A stretch of DNA of 62,610 nucleotides, counting the filler. It is 4 parts of 4 records of this genome, joined end to end, with 100 filler letters (N's around TTAATTAATTAA, not from the genome) between each part and the next. Parts side by side here need not be neighbours in the genome. Positions count along the whole stretch, not along the records: positions 18,161 to 32,619 come from SRR31156797_19577; 3 more parts are not named here. The stretch is one strand, 5' to 3'. The translations under genes were made by a program, and so were the position numbers. The notes beneath the pieces are model-generated. The model had not been told where the DNA came from, ran no database searches, and was given only the letters and a program-made list of their open reading frames with translations. Shown piece after piece: positions 19,474 to 30,213 of this stretch (the first letter of the stretch is position 1; every line of letters starts with the position of its first letter).

Positions 19474-22356
19474 CTAATAGGTTTCGAATTCATCATCCAG
19501 GGAGTCACCCTTTGCCGGACTTTCAACCATATCCATGTGCATGCCTTTTTGTATTTCGTCCGGGTGTTGTCTCTGCCCGGCGGAGGATGGGATACGCTTG
19601 ATGCCGGCCTCATTCGGTAATTGACCGGCCGCCTCTGTTTGTACCGGCGCCTTGATGGCATTGTCTATGGTGAAAAAGCCCACGGATTCCTGGAGCTGCT
19701 CCGCCTGGGCCGACAGCTCTTCAGCCGTTGAGGACATCTCTTCCGCGGCGGCGGCATTCTGCTGGATCACTTGGTCCAGCTGGGTCAGGGCCTGGTTGAT
19801 CTGCTCCGCGCCGATATTCTGTTCATTGGAAGCGGCATTGATCTCCTGGACCAGGTCCGCTGTCTTGCGAATATCCGGAACGATCTTGCCCAGCATCTCC
19901 CCCGCGTTTTCCGCTATCTCCACACTGGAAACGGAGAGATTACTGATTTCAGCGGCCGCGGCCTGGCTTCGCTCCGCCAGTTTTCGAACGGCATCGGCAA
20001 CCACGGCAAAGCCTTTGCCGTGTTCTCCGGCCCGTGCGGCTTCGATGGCCGCGTTCAAGGCGAGCATATTGGTCTGGCGGGAAATCTCCTCGATGATCGA
20101 AATTTTATCCGCAATTTCCTTCATGGCATCCACGGTTTGAACAACGGCCCGGCCGCCTTTTTCAGCGTCCTCGGCCGCTTGAACGGCCAGCCGTTCGGTA
20201 TGCTGGGCATTTTCGGCATTCTGCTGTATGTTGGCGGTCATCTCCTCCATGGAGGCGGAGGCCTCTTCCGCTGCCGATGCCTGCTCCGTGGCGCCCTGGG
20301 ACAGCTGCTCGGATGCCGAACTGAGGGTCAGGCTCCCTGACGCCACATTGTCCGATCCTGTTTTCACATCCTCCACGATATTCTTCAGGTTGGACACCAT
20401 ACGGCCCATGGAATCCGCCAGCATGCCGATCTCATCCTTCTGGTCGACATCGGACGTCACGTTCAGGTTCCCGTCGGCCACGGTCTTTGTCAGCTGTACG
20501 CTCTTGAGAATGGGGCGGGTGATTCCGTTTGCGATCATCAGGGCGATACAGGCCACGATCACCGCCATGGCCATGACCATAAACAGCAATGAAAACAGAA
20601 GGGTCCGGATCGGCGCCCTGACTTCGGCCTGATTGATCTCAGCCAGGATCGCCCAGGTGGTCTCTCCGATTGGAACAGGCGCATAGGCCGAAAGCACCGG
20701 TTTGCCGTTGTAGTTTGAAATGACCTTCCTGCCTGTCTTGCCGGAAAACGCCTCCCTGGCCGCTTCCGTATCAACCGTGCCCTTGGACGGATTTGCGAAC
20801 GACGCCGTTACCGTATGGTTCTGGGAATCCAGGAACGAGTCCGACCGCATCAGCATATCGCTGCCGATAAGATACGTCTCCCCGGTCTTTCCCATGCCCG
20901 TCCGTTCGGTCATGATGGCGTTGATGGCTTCCAGTGAAAGCTGAAGGGCGACAATGGCCTCGACGTCGCCTTTGCCGTTGAGAACCGCCTGGGCGATGAA
21001 GGCACAGGGGGCGTTGTTGCTCGCGGCATAGGGCTCGAAATCAGCCATCCCGTATGCCCGGGTCTTGAGAACCCTGGCAATAAGCCTGCCCAACCCGGAA
21101 TCCGCATATTTGCCATTTACCAAATTGGTCCTGTAATCATCCTCCTGTGCAACCGTATAGAAACAGAATCCATCGGGATTGATCAGGAAGAAATCATAGT
21201 AACCGTACATTTCCGTATACTTGGCAAAATAGTAGTTTCCGGATTCGTCCTTGGGGCAGAACGCCTCGGCAACGTCTATTTCAGCCAGCAATCCCCATGT
21301 CGCCTCCCCGATTTTGACCGGGGTATAGGCCGACAAAACCGGATTTCCGTTATAATCCATGGTCACTTCGGCCGCGGTTGCCCCGTTCAGGGCGGCTTTG
21401 GACGCCACGGTGTCCACCTTCCCTTTTGCGGGATCCCTGAATGACGCGGCAACCGAGTGATGGGCCTTGTCCTTAAAGGCGTCGCTGCGCATCAAAAGAT
21501 CGCTGCCCACAAGATAGGTCTCACCGGTCTCACCCAGGCCGGTCCGCTGGCCCATGATCGTGTTGACGGCATCCAGGGAAATCTGAAGGGCGATCACCCC
21601 GATAAGCTTATCATCGTCCATGATGGGCGCGGCCACGAACTGGGCGGGGGCGCCTGCGGACGGGGCATAGGGTTTTGTATCCGTAAGGGCGACCCGCCCC
21701 TCTTTTACCGCGATGCGCCATGAATCCCTGAGGGATGAATCGATCATCTCCGCCCGCTGGCCGAAATCGGCCCCCTTGGTAACGGAAAATGCGATATCGC
21801 CGTGTTCAGGCTCCATTAAAAACAGGTCCTCGTATCCATACCGTTCCATGTAATTTTTCAATACGGGGAAGTAGTAATCATGTATTTCCCTGTATGAGAT
21901 GGGTGCATCATATTGTTCATTGGTACGCCCCCTGAATTTTCCCCCGGCATATCCGCCGTTGGCTCGAAATACGCCATTCAGATCCTTTATTGCCCGATGG
22001 ATATACGGATTGTCGGCAAACACACCGGCATCGCCCATTCTGTCCGAGAAATAGGCTTCAATCTGAATCTTTTTGATTTCCCGCAGGGCGATAAGCTTGT
22101 TTATGGCTTCCCGGCGAAGGGTCCCCACCGTTTCCACAAGAACCCCCATGTCCCCTTGTCGTTCGGCAAAGAATTTCTCAATCTGGTGCATCTTGATCCC
22201 TCTCACGGATTCAAGCTGGCCAAATGATTTATCCATCAATGAACGGGTGGCCAGCCGTCCTGCCCACAACCCGCCGATGATCATGGGGATCAGGCCGATG
22301 AGTAGAAAAAGCCCGACCAGTTTCGGTTTCATTTTGATGTCTTTGAGTTTTGGCAT
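19474..22356 (-). CDS. Methyl-accepting chemotaxis protein with duplicated dCache-type periplasmic region
   Basis: Two TM segments flank a very long periplasmic region with internal duplication. [27 protein letters not shown], and C-terminal EFETY pentapeptide. Confidence 0.93.
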   Translation of the reverse strand: MPKLKDIKMKPKLVGLFLLIGLIPMIIGGLWAGRLATRSLMDKSFGQLESVRGIKMHQIEKFFAERQGDMGVLVETVGTLRREAINKLIALREIKKIQIEAYFSDRMGDAGVFADNPYIHRAIKDLNGVFRANGGYAGGKFRGRTNEQYDAPISYREIHDYYFPVLKNYMERYGYEDLFLMEPEHGDIAFSVTKGADFGQRAEMIDSSLRDSWRIAVKEGRVALTDTKPYAPSAGAPAQFVAAPIMDDDKLIGVIALQISLDAVNTIMGQRTGLGETGETYLVGSDLLMRSDAFKDKAHHSVAASFRDPAKGKVDTVASKAALNGATAAEVTMDYNGNPVLSAYTPVKIGEATWGLLAEIDVAEAFCPKDESGNYYFAKYTEMYGYYDFFLINPDGFCFYTVAQEDDYRTNLVNGKYADSGLGRLIARVLKTRAYGMADFEPYAASNNAPCAFIAQAVLNGKGDVEAIVALQLSLEAINAIMTERTGMGKTGETYLIGSDMLMRSDSFLDSQNHTVTASFANPSKGTVDTEAAREAFSGKTGRKVISNYNGKPVLSAYAPVPIGETTWAILAEINQAEVRAPIRTLLFSLLFMVMAMAVIVACIALMIANGITRPILKSVQLTKTVADGNLNVTSDVDQKDEIGMLADSMGRMVSNLKNIVEDVKTGSDNVASGSLTLSSASEQLSQGATEQASAAEEASASMEEMTANIQQNAENAQHTERLAVQAAEDAEKGGRAVVQTVDAMKEIADKISIIEEISRQTNMLALNAAIEAARAGEHGKGFAVVADAVRKLAERSQAAAAEISNLSVSSVEIAENAGEMLGKIVPDIRKTADLVQEINAASNEQNIGAEQINQALTQLDQVIQQNAAAAEEMSSTAEELSAQAEQLQESVGFFTIDNAIKAPVQTEAAGQLPNEAGIKRIPSSAGQRQHPDEIQKGMHMDMVESPAKGDSLDDEFETY

Positions 22357-22402
22357 TCCAGCCTCCCTGTTTTTAAGGGTTGATGTGTCATGGTCCGCAC
22401 GT

Positions 22403-24451
22403 CTAATACTTCTCAAACTCATCATCCAGAATGTCACCGGAGGGGGATGTCTCATTCAGATCCAGCTGAACCCCTTTGACAGGATTAGAGATTCGGGGTT
22501 CGGATTTTTTTACCCCGGAGGTGGTTCTCTTCCTGACACGGTTTGTCTCCTTTGGGGGCTGAATTTTATTTCCGGTCTCCTCCCCGCCGGAGTCTATATC
22601 AAAGAACCGGATGGCGCCCTTGAGCTGTTCCGCCTGGGCGGCCAGCTCTTCCGCCGTGGAGGAGAGCTCTTCGGAAGCGGAAGCGTTCTGCTGGATCACA
22701 CTGTCAAGCTGCTGAAGCGCCTGGTTGATCTGGTTGGATCCGGTGTTCTGTTCCGCACTTGCCGCGTTGATCTCCTGGACAAGTTCGGCGGTCTTTCGAA
22801 TATCCGGGACGATCTTTTCCAGCATCCTGCCCGCGGTCTCCGAGATCTCAACGCTGGATACGGCAAGGCTGCTGATTTCCCCCGCTGAGGTCTGGCTCCG
22901 CTCGGCCAGCTTTCGTACGGCGTCCGCCACCACGGCAAATCCCTTGCCGTGCTCGCCCGCCCGGGCCGCCTCGATGGCGGCGTTCAAGGCCAGCATGTTT
23001 GTCTGACGCGCGATCTCCTCGATGATGGATATTTTTTCCGCGATCTGTTTCATGGCGTCCACGGTCTTTACAACGGCCTCGCCCCCTTTTTCCGCGTCCG
23101 CGGCCGCCTGGGAAGCGATTTTCTCGGTTTGCTGGGCATTCTCGGCATTCTGTTTTATATTCGCGGCCATCTGCTCCATGGAGGAGGAGGCTTCTTCCGC
23201 CGCGGCGGCCTGCTCCGTGGCGCCCTGGGACATCTGCTCTGTGGTGGCGCTCATCTGAACGCTTCCGGAAGCCACGGATTCGGAAGAGTGCATCACCTCC
23301 ATTACGATCTCTTTCAGTTTACTCACCATGGAGCCAAGGGCCCTCATGAGGATATCCTTGGACGAGCGCTCCCTTATCTCGATGTTGAGGTCTCCCCCGG
23401 CCATCCTTTCCGCAACGGTGGTGATTTCATTCATGGCGTCGATCAGTACGTTCAGGTTGTTTTTGATGACATTGAAATCCCCTTTGTAATCCTCCGTGAT
23501 CTTCTCAGGGGTGTCTCCCGAGGAAATCCGGTTCACGCACTCCGCGGCCACGGTCAGGGGTTTCACCACCGCGTCCAGGGCTGCGTTGACCCCTTCGACA
23601 ATCCGCCTGTAATTGCCCTCGAACTGATTGGCGTCCGCCCGGGTGTCCAGCACCCCTGCCGCCGCATCGCCTGCCATTTCCACGACACCGTTCGTGATGG
23701 CCATCTCCTTACTGATATCCACCACATATTCCAGGCCGCCCGTGACATTTCCTTCGGAATCCGTCAGCGGCGCCCCCGTGTACCGGATGGGAAGTTCCCC
23801 TGAGGGAAGATGGGCGATGGTATCGTTTGTAAAGACACGGTTTTGCTGCATGGCCTTTGCCACCTGACAATCAGGGGTATTGCAATGGCCTGTGTTGAAC
23901 AGGCTGTAGCACTTCTGATCCAGGCAGGATTCAGGCGTTCTTCCCAATGCGGAGGCCCCGGCGGGATTGATGAACCGAACATTAAACTCCTTGTCGATCA
24001 CCATGACGGGTGTGGGAATAGTATTCAGGTAATCCACCTTCACAGACGCGTCAGCCAGGGCTTTTTTCGTTTCAGAGATGTCAACCACGAACTCCAGGGC
24101 GCCTGTAACCCTGCCCGCTTCATCCGTGATAGGTGCGCCGGTATACCGGATGGGCAGGTTCAAACCGTCTGGCTCCACAACGGTTTCGCCGGTTACCACC
24201 TCATTCCGGGCCATGGCCTGGCTGCACCGGCAGTCGGCGGTGCCGCAGTGGTCGGTTTTGAAGAGATCGTAGCATTTCATGCCCATGGCCTGTTCCGGGG
24301 TTTTGCCGACCACCCCCGCCCCTGCGGGGTTGATGTGGGTGATGGTAAAATCCTTGTCAATGGCGACAACCGGGGTGGGCAGAAGGTCAATATGATTTTG
24401 ACTGACATTTGTTCCAAAGGAATTGAAACGTCCTAGGAATTTGGCAAACAC
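22403..24451 (-). CDS. Soluble chemoreceptor with two Cys-rich PAS domains and HAMPs
   Basis: No TM segment. Two PAS repeats, poly-HAMP linker, MCP signalling motif and C-terminal EFEKY. Confidence 0.93.
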   Translation of the reverse strand: MFAKFLGRFNSFGTNVSQNHIDLLPTPVVAIDKDFTITHINPAGAGVVGKTPEQAMGMKCYDLFKTDHCGTADCRCSQAMARNEVVTGETVVEPDGLNLPIRYTGAPITDEAGRVTGALEFVVDISETKKALADASVKVDYLNTIPTPVMVIDKEFNVRFINPAGASALGRTPESCLDQKCYSLFNTGHCNTPDCQVAKAMQQNRVFTNDTIAHLPSGELPIRYTGAPLTDSEGNVTGGLEYVVDISKEMAITNGVVEMAGDAAAGVLDTRADANQFEGNYRRIVEGVNAALDAVVKPLTVAAECVNRISSGDTPEKITEDYKGDFNVIKNNLNVLIDAMNEITTVAERMAGGDLNIEIRERSSKDILMRALGSMVSKLKEIVMEVMHSSESVASGSVQMSATTEQMSQGATEQAAAAEEASSSMEQMAANIKQNAENAQQTEKIASQAAADAEKGGEAVVKTVDAMKQIAEKISIIEEIARQTNMLALNAAIEAARAGEHGKGFAVVADAVRKLAERSQTSAGEISSLAVSSVEISETAGRMLEKIVPDIRKTAELVQEINAASAEQNTGSNQINQALQQLDSVIQQNASASEELSSTAEELAAQAEQLKGAIRFFDIDSGGEETGNKIQPPKETNRVRKRTTSGVKKSEPRISNPVKGVQLDLNETSPSGDILDDEFEKY

Positions 24452-24521
24452 GGTTTCCTCCTTTCATGGATTTCATGATCGCGAAATACTGCGATAACCG
24501 GATTATCGCCATAATCCGTAA

Positions 24522-26591
24522 TTAAACATCCAGAATTTTATTCACATCGATGATCAGGGCTACGGTGCCATCCCCCAGGATGGTTGCGCCGGAGATATCA
24601 CGGGCCTTTTTGAACGCCCTGCCAAGGTTTTTGATCACCGTCTGATGACCGCCGATCACATGATCCACCACAAACCCCACCCGTTTTCCGTTTACCTCCA
24701 TGATCACCACATGCTCGAGCTCCGGCCTGTCCTCACGGATGTCATACTCTTTCCGCAGGCGGATATAGGGAACGATGTCACCGCGGACATTGAGGATATT
24801 TCCCCCCTTTTTCTTCTCATCCCTCTTCCGGGGCAGCTCCACACACTCTTCCACCGACGCAAGGGGGAGCACGAAATAATCACCGCCGATGGTCACCAGC
24901 AGCCCGTCAATGATGGCGAGGGTCAGGGGCAGCTTCAGGGTGATGGTGGTGCCCTCCCCTTTCCGGCTATCCAGGTCGATGCTTCCCCTCAGCCCTTCAA
25001 TGCTGGTCTTCACCACATCCATGCCCACCCCGCGCCCGGAAACATCGGTCACCTGGCGTGCGGTTGAGAACCCCGGGGAAAAAATAAGGTTGAGAATCTC
25101 CCTTTCCGAGAAATCCGCATCAATGGAGATGATCCCTTTTTCCATAGCTTTTTGGCGGATCACTTCGGAATCAAGCCCCTTGCCGTTGTCTGAAATCTCA
25201 ATGAGCACATTGGCGCCGGCGTGTTGGGCTTTGAGATGGATGGTCCCGGTTTCGGGTTTTTCCGCGGCTTTTCGGACACCCGGGGATTCAATGCCGTGAT
25301 CGATACTGTTCCGGATAATATGCACCAGCGGGTCTTTCAGCCTTTCGATCACGGTTTTATCCAGCTCCGTGTCACCGCCCGTGGTCGTCAGTTCAATCTT
25401 CTTACCCAGCTCGTTTGACAGGTCCCGGACCAGCCGCTTGAAATTTGAAAACGTGGTACCGATGGGAAGCATGCGTATGCTCATGGCGTTGTCCCGAAGC
25501 CCACTGGTGAGCATCTCCACCTCTTCCGCAATGGCCACAAGGTCGGCATCCGTTTCCGTGACCGCTTTCTCGCTGAGGCGCGCCTGGACCGTGACAAGCT
25601 CCCCCACGAGGGCCACCAACTGGTCCAGCTTGTCCGCGGGCACCCGGATACTTGAGGAAACCACCGCCTTTTTCCGCTGGTCCAGCCGTTTTTTGACCTG
25701 CTCCTGCTCCGCCAGTGCGGACGCGACCGATGCACGGCTGGCTGCGTTCTCCTCTATCAGGATCTCACCTATCCGGTTCTGGCGCTTCAGGGCCTTTTTC
25801 AGGACCGTGTCCGAAAGATCCCCCCGCTGGACCAGGATCTCTCCCAGCCTGTCGGGCTGAGCCTCTTCGACATCCCCCTCCCCATCGTCAACCACATCGA
25901 TGGTAAGCTCGCACTCATCCTCCATGAAAATGAACACATCCTTGATGGCGTCAATTCCCCGGGACGTGGTGAGGATGATATCCCAGAAGATATAGCAGGA
26001 TTCGGGATCAAGATCCTTCAAGCGCGGGATACATTCCGTATGGGCGGTGACCGTGCACTCCCCCAGCTCCCTGAGTTCGCTGAGGAGAAGCAGGGGGTTC
26101 ATGCCGCTTGCAAAAACGCCCGGTGCCGGCCGGAACCGGATACGGCAGGTGATGACAGGGCCTGGGACAACCTCCTTTTTATGGACAATTCCGGATGGGG
26201 CCTTCTCCTCTATATCGCCCCCCTTGCCCTGGACGGCGAGGTTTCGAAGGTCGGCTATGATCCCCTTCGCCCTGGCTTGATCCGCATCCTTGTCATCCAG
26301 TAGATCCTTAATGTGATCCCGGGCAGAGAGGGTCAGGTTGACAAGTTCCCGTGTGACTTGAATGCTTCCTCCACGGACCTTGTCAAAGACGGTTTCCACA
26401 TTATGGGTGAAATCCGCGATATCATCGAATCCAAACATGGCCCCCGACCCCTTGATGGTATGCATGGCCCGGAACACCCGGCCGATCAGGGTCGTATCGT
26501 CGGGGGTCTCCTCCAGTTCCAGCAAGGAGGATTCAAGCTCTGCGAGCAGTTCATACGCTTCTTCCTTAAATGCTTGCCTTTGAACGTCCAT
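24522..26591 (-). CDS. cheA: Chemotaxis histidine kinase CheA
   Basis: Hpt FRAMHTIKG, HIIRNSIDHG, DNGKG, SGRGVGMDVV and C-terminal CheW domain. Confidence 0.97.
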   Translation of the reverse strand: MDVQRQAFKEEAYELLAELESSLLELEETPDDTTLIGRVFRAMHTIKGSGAMFGFDDIADFTHNVETVFDKVRGGSIQVTRELVNLTLSARDHIKDLLDDKDADQARAKGIIADLRNLAVQGKGGDIEEKAPSGIVHKKEVVPGPVITCRIRFRPAPGVFASGMNPLLLLSELRELGECTVTAHTECIPRLKDLDPESCYIFWDIILTTSRGIDAIKDVFIFMEDECELTIDVVDDGEGDVEEAQPDRLGEILVQRGDLSDTVLKKALKRQNRIGEILIEENAASRASVASALAEQEQVKKRLDQRKKAVVSSSIRVPADKLDQLVALVGELVTVQARLSEKAVTETDADLVAIAEEVEMLTSGLRDNAMSIRMLPIGTTFSNFKRLVRDLSNELGKKIELTTTGGDTELDKTVIERLKDPLVHIIRNSIDHGIESPGVRKAAEKPETGTIHLKAQHAGANVLIEISDNGKGLDSEVIRQKAMEKGIISIDADFSEREILNLIFSPGFSTARQVTDVSGRGVGMDVVKTSIEGLRGSIDLDSRKGEGTTITLKLPLTLAIIDGLLVTIGGDYFVLPLASVEECVELPRKRDEKKKGGNILNVRGDIVPYIRLRKEYDIREDRPELEHVVIMEVNGKRVGFVVDHVIGGHQTVIKNLGRAFKKARDISGATILGDGTVALIIDVNKILDV

Positions 26592-26627
26592 GGGGAACTC
26601 CTGCAGAATAACGGTTATGGGAATGGA

Positions 26628-26993
26628 CTATTTTAAGACTTTTTTGATCACCCCCAGGAGCTGTTCCGGCTTGAACGGCTTGATAATCCAGCCGGTGGCC
26701 CCGGCGGCCTTGCCCTCTTTTTTCTTGTCAGCCTGGGATTCGGTTGTCAGAAGAATAATTGGAATGAATTTGTATTGGGGCATGGCCCGAACGTTGCGAA
26801 TCATCTCGATGCCGTCCATATTCGGCATGTTGAGATCCGTAATGATCATATCCACCTTGGTCTGGGAGATCATGGACAGTCCTTCCTTTCCATCCTCCGC
26901 CTCCACCACCTCATACCCGGCCCCTTTCAGGGTGAAACTTACCATTTGCCGCATACTGGCCGAATCATCCGCCGTAAGAATCGTTTTGGTCAT
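26628..26993 (-). CDS. cheY: Chemotaxis response regulator CheY
   Basis: ADDS, TDLNMP, LTTES and GWIIKPF; upstream of cheA. Confidence 0.93.
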   Translation of the reverse strand: MTKTILTADDSASMRQMVSFTLKGAGYEVVEAEDGKEGLSMISQTKVDMIITDLNMPNMDGIEMIRNVRAMPQYKFIPIILLTTESQADKKKEGKAAGATGWIIKPFKPEQLLGVIKKVLK

Positions 26994-27337
26994 TATTTCT
27001 CATCTCCTTTCCAAAAGCATTTTTTGCACGGTATTCCATGACACACCATCTGTGCGGTGTAACCTGCATCAAACAGGACCTGGGTAATAACTTTTGGGTG
27101 AGCGCTTTTCCGGATGAGCCGTTTCCGGGTATTGTCAAAGCAAAGGTTAGCCGAACAGAGAAGTTGAATGCAGGACAGGTCCATTTCGCTGACGTCGTCC
27201 AGGTCCACAACAATATTTTCAGACTCCGCAAACACATTGGTTATGAATGTTTTCAATTCGGCGGCATGTTCGATGGTGAGGGGACCACCCATTTTCACAG
27301 TAACGGTGTTGCCGTTTTTTTCCGTTTTAAGATCCAT
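26993..27337 (-). CDS. STAS-domain protein of the chemosensory cluster
   Basis: GPLTIEHA...VDLDDVSEMDLSCIQLL; ends with a CxxxxCxxC-like Cys cluster (CHGIPCKKC). Confidence 0.85.
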   Translation of the reverse strand: MDLKTEKNGNTVTVKMGGPLTIEHAAELKTFITNVFAESENIVVDLDDVSEMDLSCIQLLCSANLCFDNTRKRLIRKSAHPKVITQVLFDAGYTAQMVCHGIPCKKCFWKGDEK

Positions 27338-27788
27338 TGCTCTTCTCCATAAAAAAACAACGATATATTGTCTTTCGGATGATCCTTTTTTGGGGCATCT
27401 TTTACATCGTCAAATGGGTACGATGCCCACGGGTAGAAGAGTTCAGGGTGTGCTCAGGCGTAATGAAAGTCCCATGGACTCTGCCATGGCAGGAAAAAAT
27501 CGAGGCTGTTTTCAGCTTCAATAGTAGTTGTTTTATCATAAAACCCGCCATGAATTCGCCACGGTTCAAACACTCGCGTCCATGCTGGTCTCGGGATTAA
27601 AACAGATTGAGATTCTGAAGTGATCGTATAAGCCTGTTTTCGAATGATTTTAAAGGCTGTGATCTCTATTTATACAAAACCATTAAATTTTCGTCAACAA
27701 CTTATCCGGGGTAAATCAGGACCACCGCCGTCACCTTGCAATGGAGATGGGGGTAGTGCGAATGCTGACAATGAAAGTTTTGCCATGT

Positions 27789-28667
27789 TCAAACTTTTGT
27801 TTTTGGGATGATCCGGTCTATTTTCTTTCCAATTCGGCTCCAACGAATTTTAAAAGCCTTTTTATCCCAGGACCAATATAAGCCAATGACCTTTCCCCGG
27901 ACATCCCCAATTGGTACAAAGCCCCAAAAACGGCTGTCATAACTGTTATCCCGATTATCTCCCATAACAAAAAGGAAATCCGGGGGTACGGTTACCGGTC
28001 CAAAAGTATCTCTCCCGGTGAAGGATGCACTCATTTGTCGCGGATCACAATGAATCGCATACTCTTCATTTTGTTCAATCCTGTTAACATACAATCGTTT
28101 TTTCCTGATTTCAATGATATCCCCCCCGACCCCGATAAGGCGCTTGATAAAATCCTTTGACGGGTCTTCGGGATATTTAAAAACAATGACATCGCCCCTT
28201 TGTGGTTCCCGGGCCCTGTAAATAAATCTATTGACAAGAATACGATCTCCAACAAGTAAAGTAGGTTTCATTGCTCCGGAAGGTATTTTGTAAGCTTGTA
28301 TTATATTTCCTTTAATTATGGATCCTCCAACCGGGCTGAGGATGAAAGCTGCCAGGACATAACATAAAAGATAAACATACCATTTATTATATCTTTTAAG
28401 GGTATAAGCCGTTCTATTTCGTCTTGCGGTTCTCACCGCGTCAACAAGACAGAAAAGAAAATATATCAGCAAAACAATGAGAAAAAAGGATAGAAGAAAC
28501 ACATTAAAGTTGAAAACAAAAAATAACAATAAAAATACGAACAGTAAGGCTTGCCCGACATAGAGAATCATTCCCCTTTTTGCTTGTCCGGCATAAACAT
28601 GTCCCAACCCAACGAGAAAGAAGGTTAATAGACCGGCGACCCACGGTTTTCTTGGTTTATGTTCCAA
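27789..28667 (-). CDS. lepB: Signal peptidase I with extra N-terminal TM segments
   Basis: IPSGAMKPTL, DFIKRLIG and GDNRDNSYDSRFWG. Probable TTG start after AGGAGG. Confidence 0.92.
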   Translation of the reverse strand: MEHKPRKPWVAGLLTFFLVGLGHVYAGQAKRGMILYVGQALLFVFLLLFFVFNFNVFLLSFFLIVLLIYFLFCLVDAVRTARRNRTAYTLKRYNKWYVYLLCYVLAAFILSPVGGSIIKGNIIQAYKIPSGAMKPTLLVGDRILVNRFIYRAREPQRGDVIVFKYPEDPSKDFIKRLIGVGGDIIEIRKKRLYVNRIEQNEEYAIHCDPRQMSASFTGRDTFGPVTVPPDFLFVMGDNRDNSYDSRFWGFVPIGDVRGKVIGLYWSWDKKAFKIRWSRIGKKIDRIIPKTKV

Positions 28668-28716
28668 TGTTCCTCCTTTCATTACAGTCCTCGCTCAGGC
28701 CGGATATTAAAAAAGA

Positions 28717-28752
28717 GGGCAGCCTCCCGGCGAAAATGGCTCGAGGCTGCCC
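28717..28752 (-). terminator. Putative terminator after nhaA
   Basis: GGGCAGCCTC...GAGGCTGCCC inverted repeat with a T run downstream on the minus strand. Confidence 0.55.
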
Positions 28753-28764
28753 TACAGGAAGAGG

Positions 28765-29946
28765 CTATTCAGAACGAAAACTGCCACGCAACACCAGGTA
28801 CCCCAGCACGCCCGAAGCCAGGGACCCTGCAATAATGCCAACCCGCTCATCAAAGAGCATATTGATACCGGTTTGCTCAAAAGACAGGGAACCGATAAAC
28901 AAGGCCATGGTGAACCCGATGCCACTCAGGACGGCGGTACCGTACAATGCGCTCCAGCTCATACCTTCAGGCAATTGGGCAAGCTTGCATTTGATGCCCA
29001 ACCCGCAGAAGGCAAAGACACCGACCTGCTTTCCAATAAACAATCCAAGGGCGACCCCTAACGTAACGCCATGGAATATCTGATTTGCGTCAATGCCGGC
29101 AAAGTTGATCCCTGAATTCGCAAAAGCGAATATGGGTAGAATAAAGTACGCCACAACAGAATGCAGGTCATGCTCCATGCTCTTCAGGGGCGAGTGTTCC
29201 GGATCGGCCTTTGATTCCATGGGAATGAACATCGCAAGGATGACGCCTGCCAGCGTGGCATGGACACCGGATTTAAGCATTGAAACCCACATCACAAGGC
29301 CAACGGTAAGATAGAGACTTTTCGATTCCACCCGGATTGCGGTCATCACGAACAAAACGCCGATACAAAGGACAACGACCATCAAGGCGGCCAGGGACAC
29401 TTTCGAAGTGTAAAAGAAGGCAATGATCAGGATGGCTCCGATATCATCAAAAATGGCCAGGGAGGTCAGGAACACTTTTACCGAATTGGGCACTTTCGAC
29501 CCAAGCAGGGAGAGGACCCCCAAAGCAAACGCAATATCAGTGGCGGCCGGAATGGCCCAGCCCTGTATGGCAAAGGAATCTCCGATATTAAAATAGACGT
29601 AAATCAGCGCGGGAATCAGCATCCCCCCAACCGCACCAAGCCCCGGAAGAATAATTTTTTTTATATCGGAAAGTTCCCCTTCCACAAATTCTCTTTTCAG
29701 TTCCAGACCGATAAGGAAAAAAAACACGGCCATCAGTCCGTCATTTATCCATAGCAACGAGGGCTTGGCGATTTCCAGGGCACCGATCCGAATTTCGACA
29801 GGCGTATCTATCAAAAGATTGTAATACGATTCAAGGGGAGTGTTCGCCAGCACCATAGCAATCGCCGCGGCAGCCATCAGCAAAAGCCCTCCGGCCGATT
29901 CAAGCGCGAAAAATTTGCTGATAAACGATTCTTTTGTTTCCTTCAT
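28765..29946 (-). CDS. nhaA: Na+/H+ antiporter NhaA
   Basis: WINDGLMAVFF, GWAIPAATDIAF, LAIFDD, SGVHATLAG and GIGFTMALFI. Confidence 0.97.
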   Translation of the reverse strand: MKETKESFISKFFALESAGGLLLMAAAAIAMVLANTPLESYYNLLIDTPVEIRIGALEIAKPSLLWINDGLMAVFFFLIGLELKREFVEGELSDIKKIILPGLGAVGGMLIPALIYVYFNIGDSFAIQGWAIPAATDIAFALGVLSLLGSKVPNSVKVFLTSLAIFDDIGAILIIAFFYTSKVSLAALMVVVLCIGVLFVMTAIRVESKSLYLTVGLVMWVSMLKSGVHATLAGVILAMFIPMESKADPEHSPLKSMEHDLHSVVAYFILPIFAFANSGINFAGIDANQIFHGVTLGVALGLFIGKQVGVFAFCGLGIKCKLAQLPEGMSWSALYGTAVLSGIGFTMALFIGSLSFEQTGINMLFDERVGIIAGSLASGVLGYLVLRGSFRSE

Positions 29947-30213
29947 AGTTTTTCCTATCAATTTTAACATTTACAAAGATTACGCAGGGATGTCCCTCGA
30001 AAGATCCGGAACAACCCCCGTATATAAAAATTCAATTCTTAAAGCAGTTTGAGTTTTTTTATATCGCTAACCTTCCCGGGGAGCAAGGGGAAATTAGATT
30101 ATTTTTTGGTAATGGAAACCATCGGTAAAAGACTTGCCCCCCCCCTGGCCCGGTTGACACCCGGCAAGGGATATCTTAAGATAAATTACATATCACATGC
30201 CATGGATGGAAAA

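Noticed and set aside
19690-23260. Long similar DNA stretches in the two MCP genes
   Set aside because: Ordinary conservation of the MCP signalling domain between paralogues.
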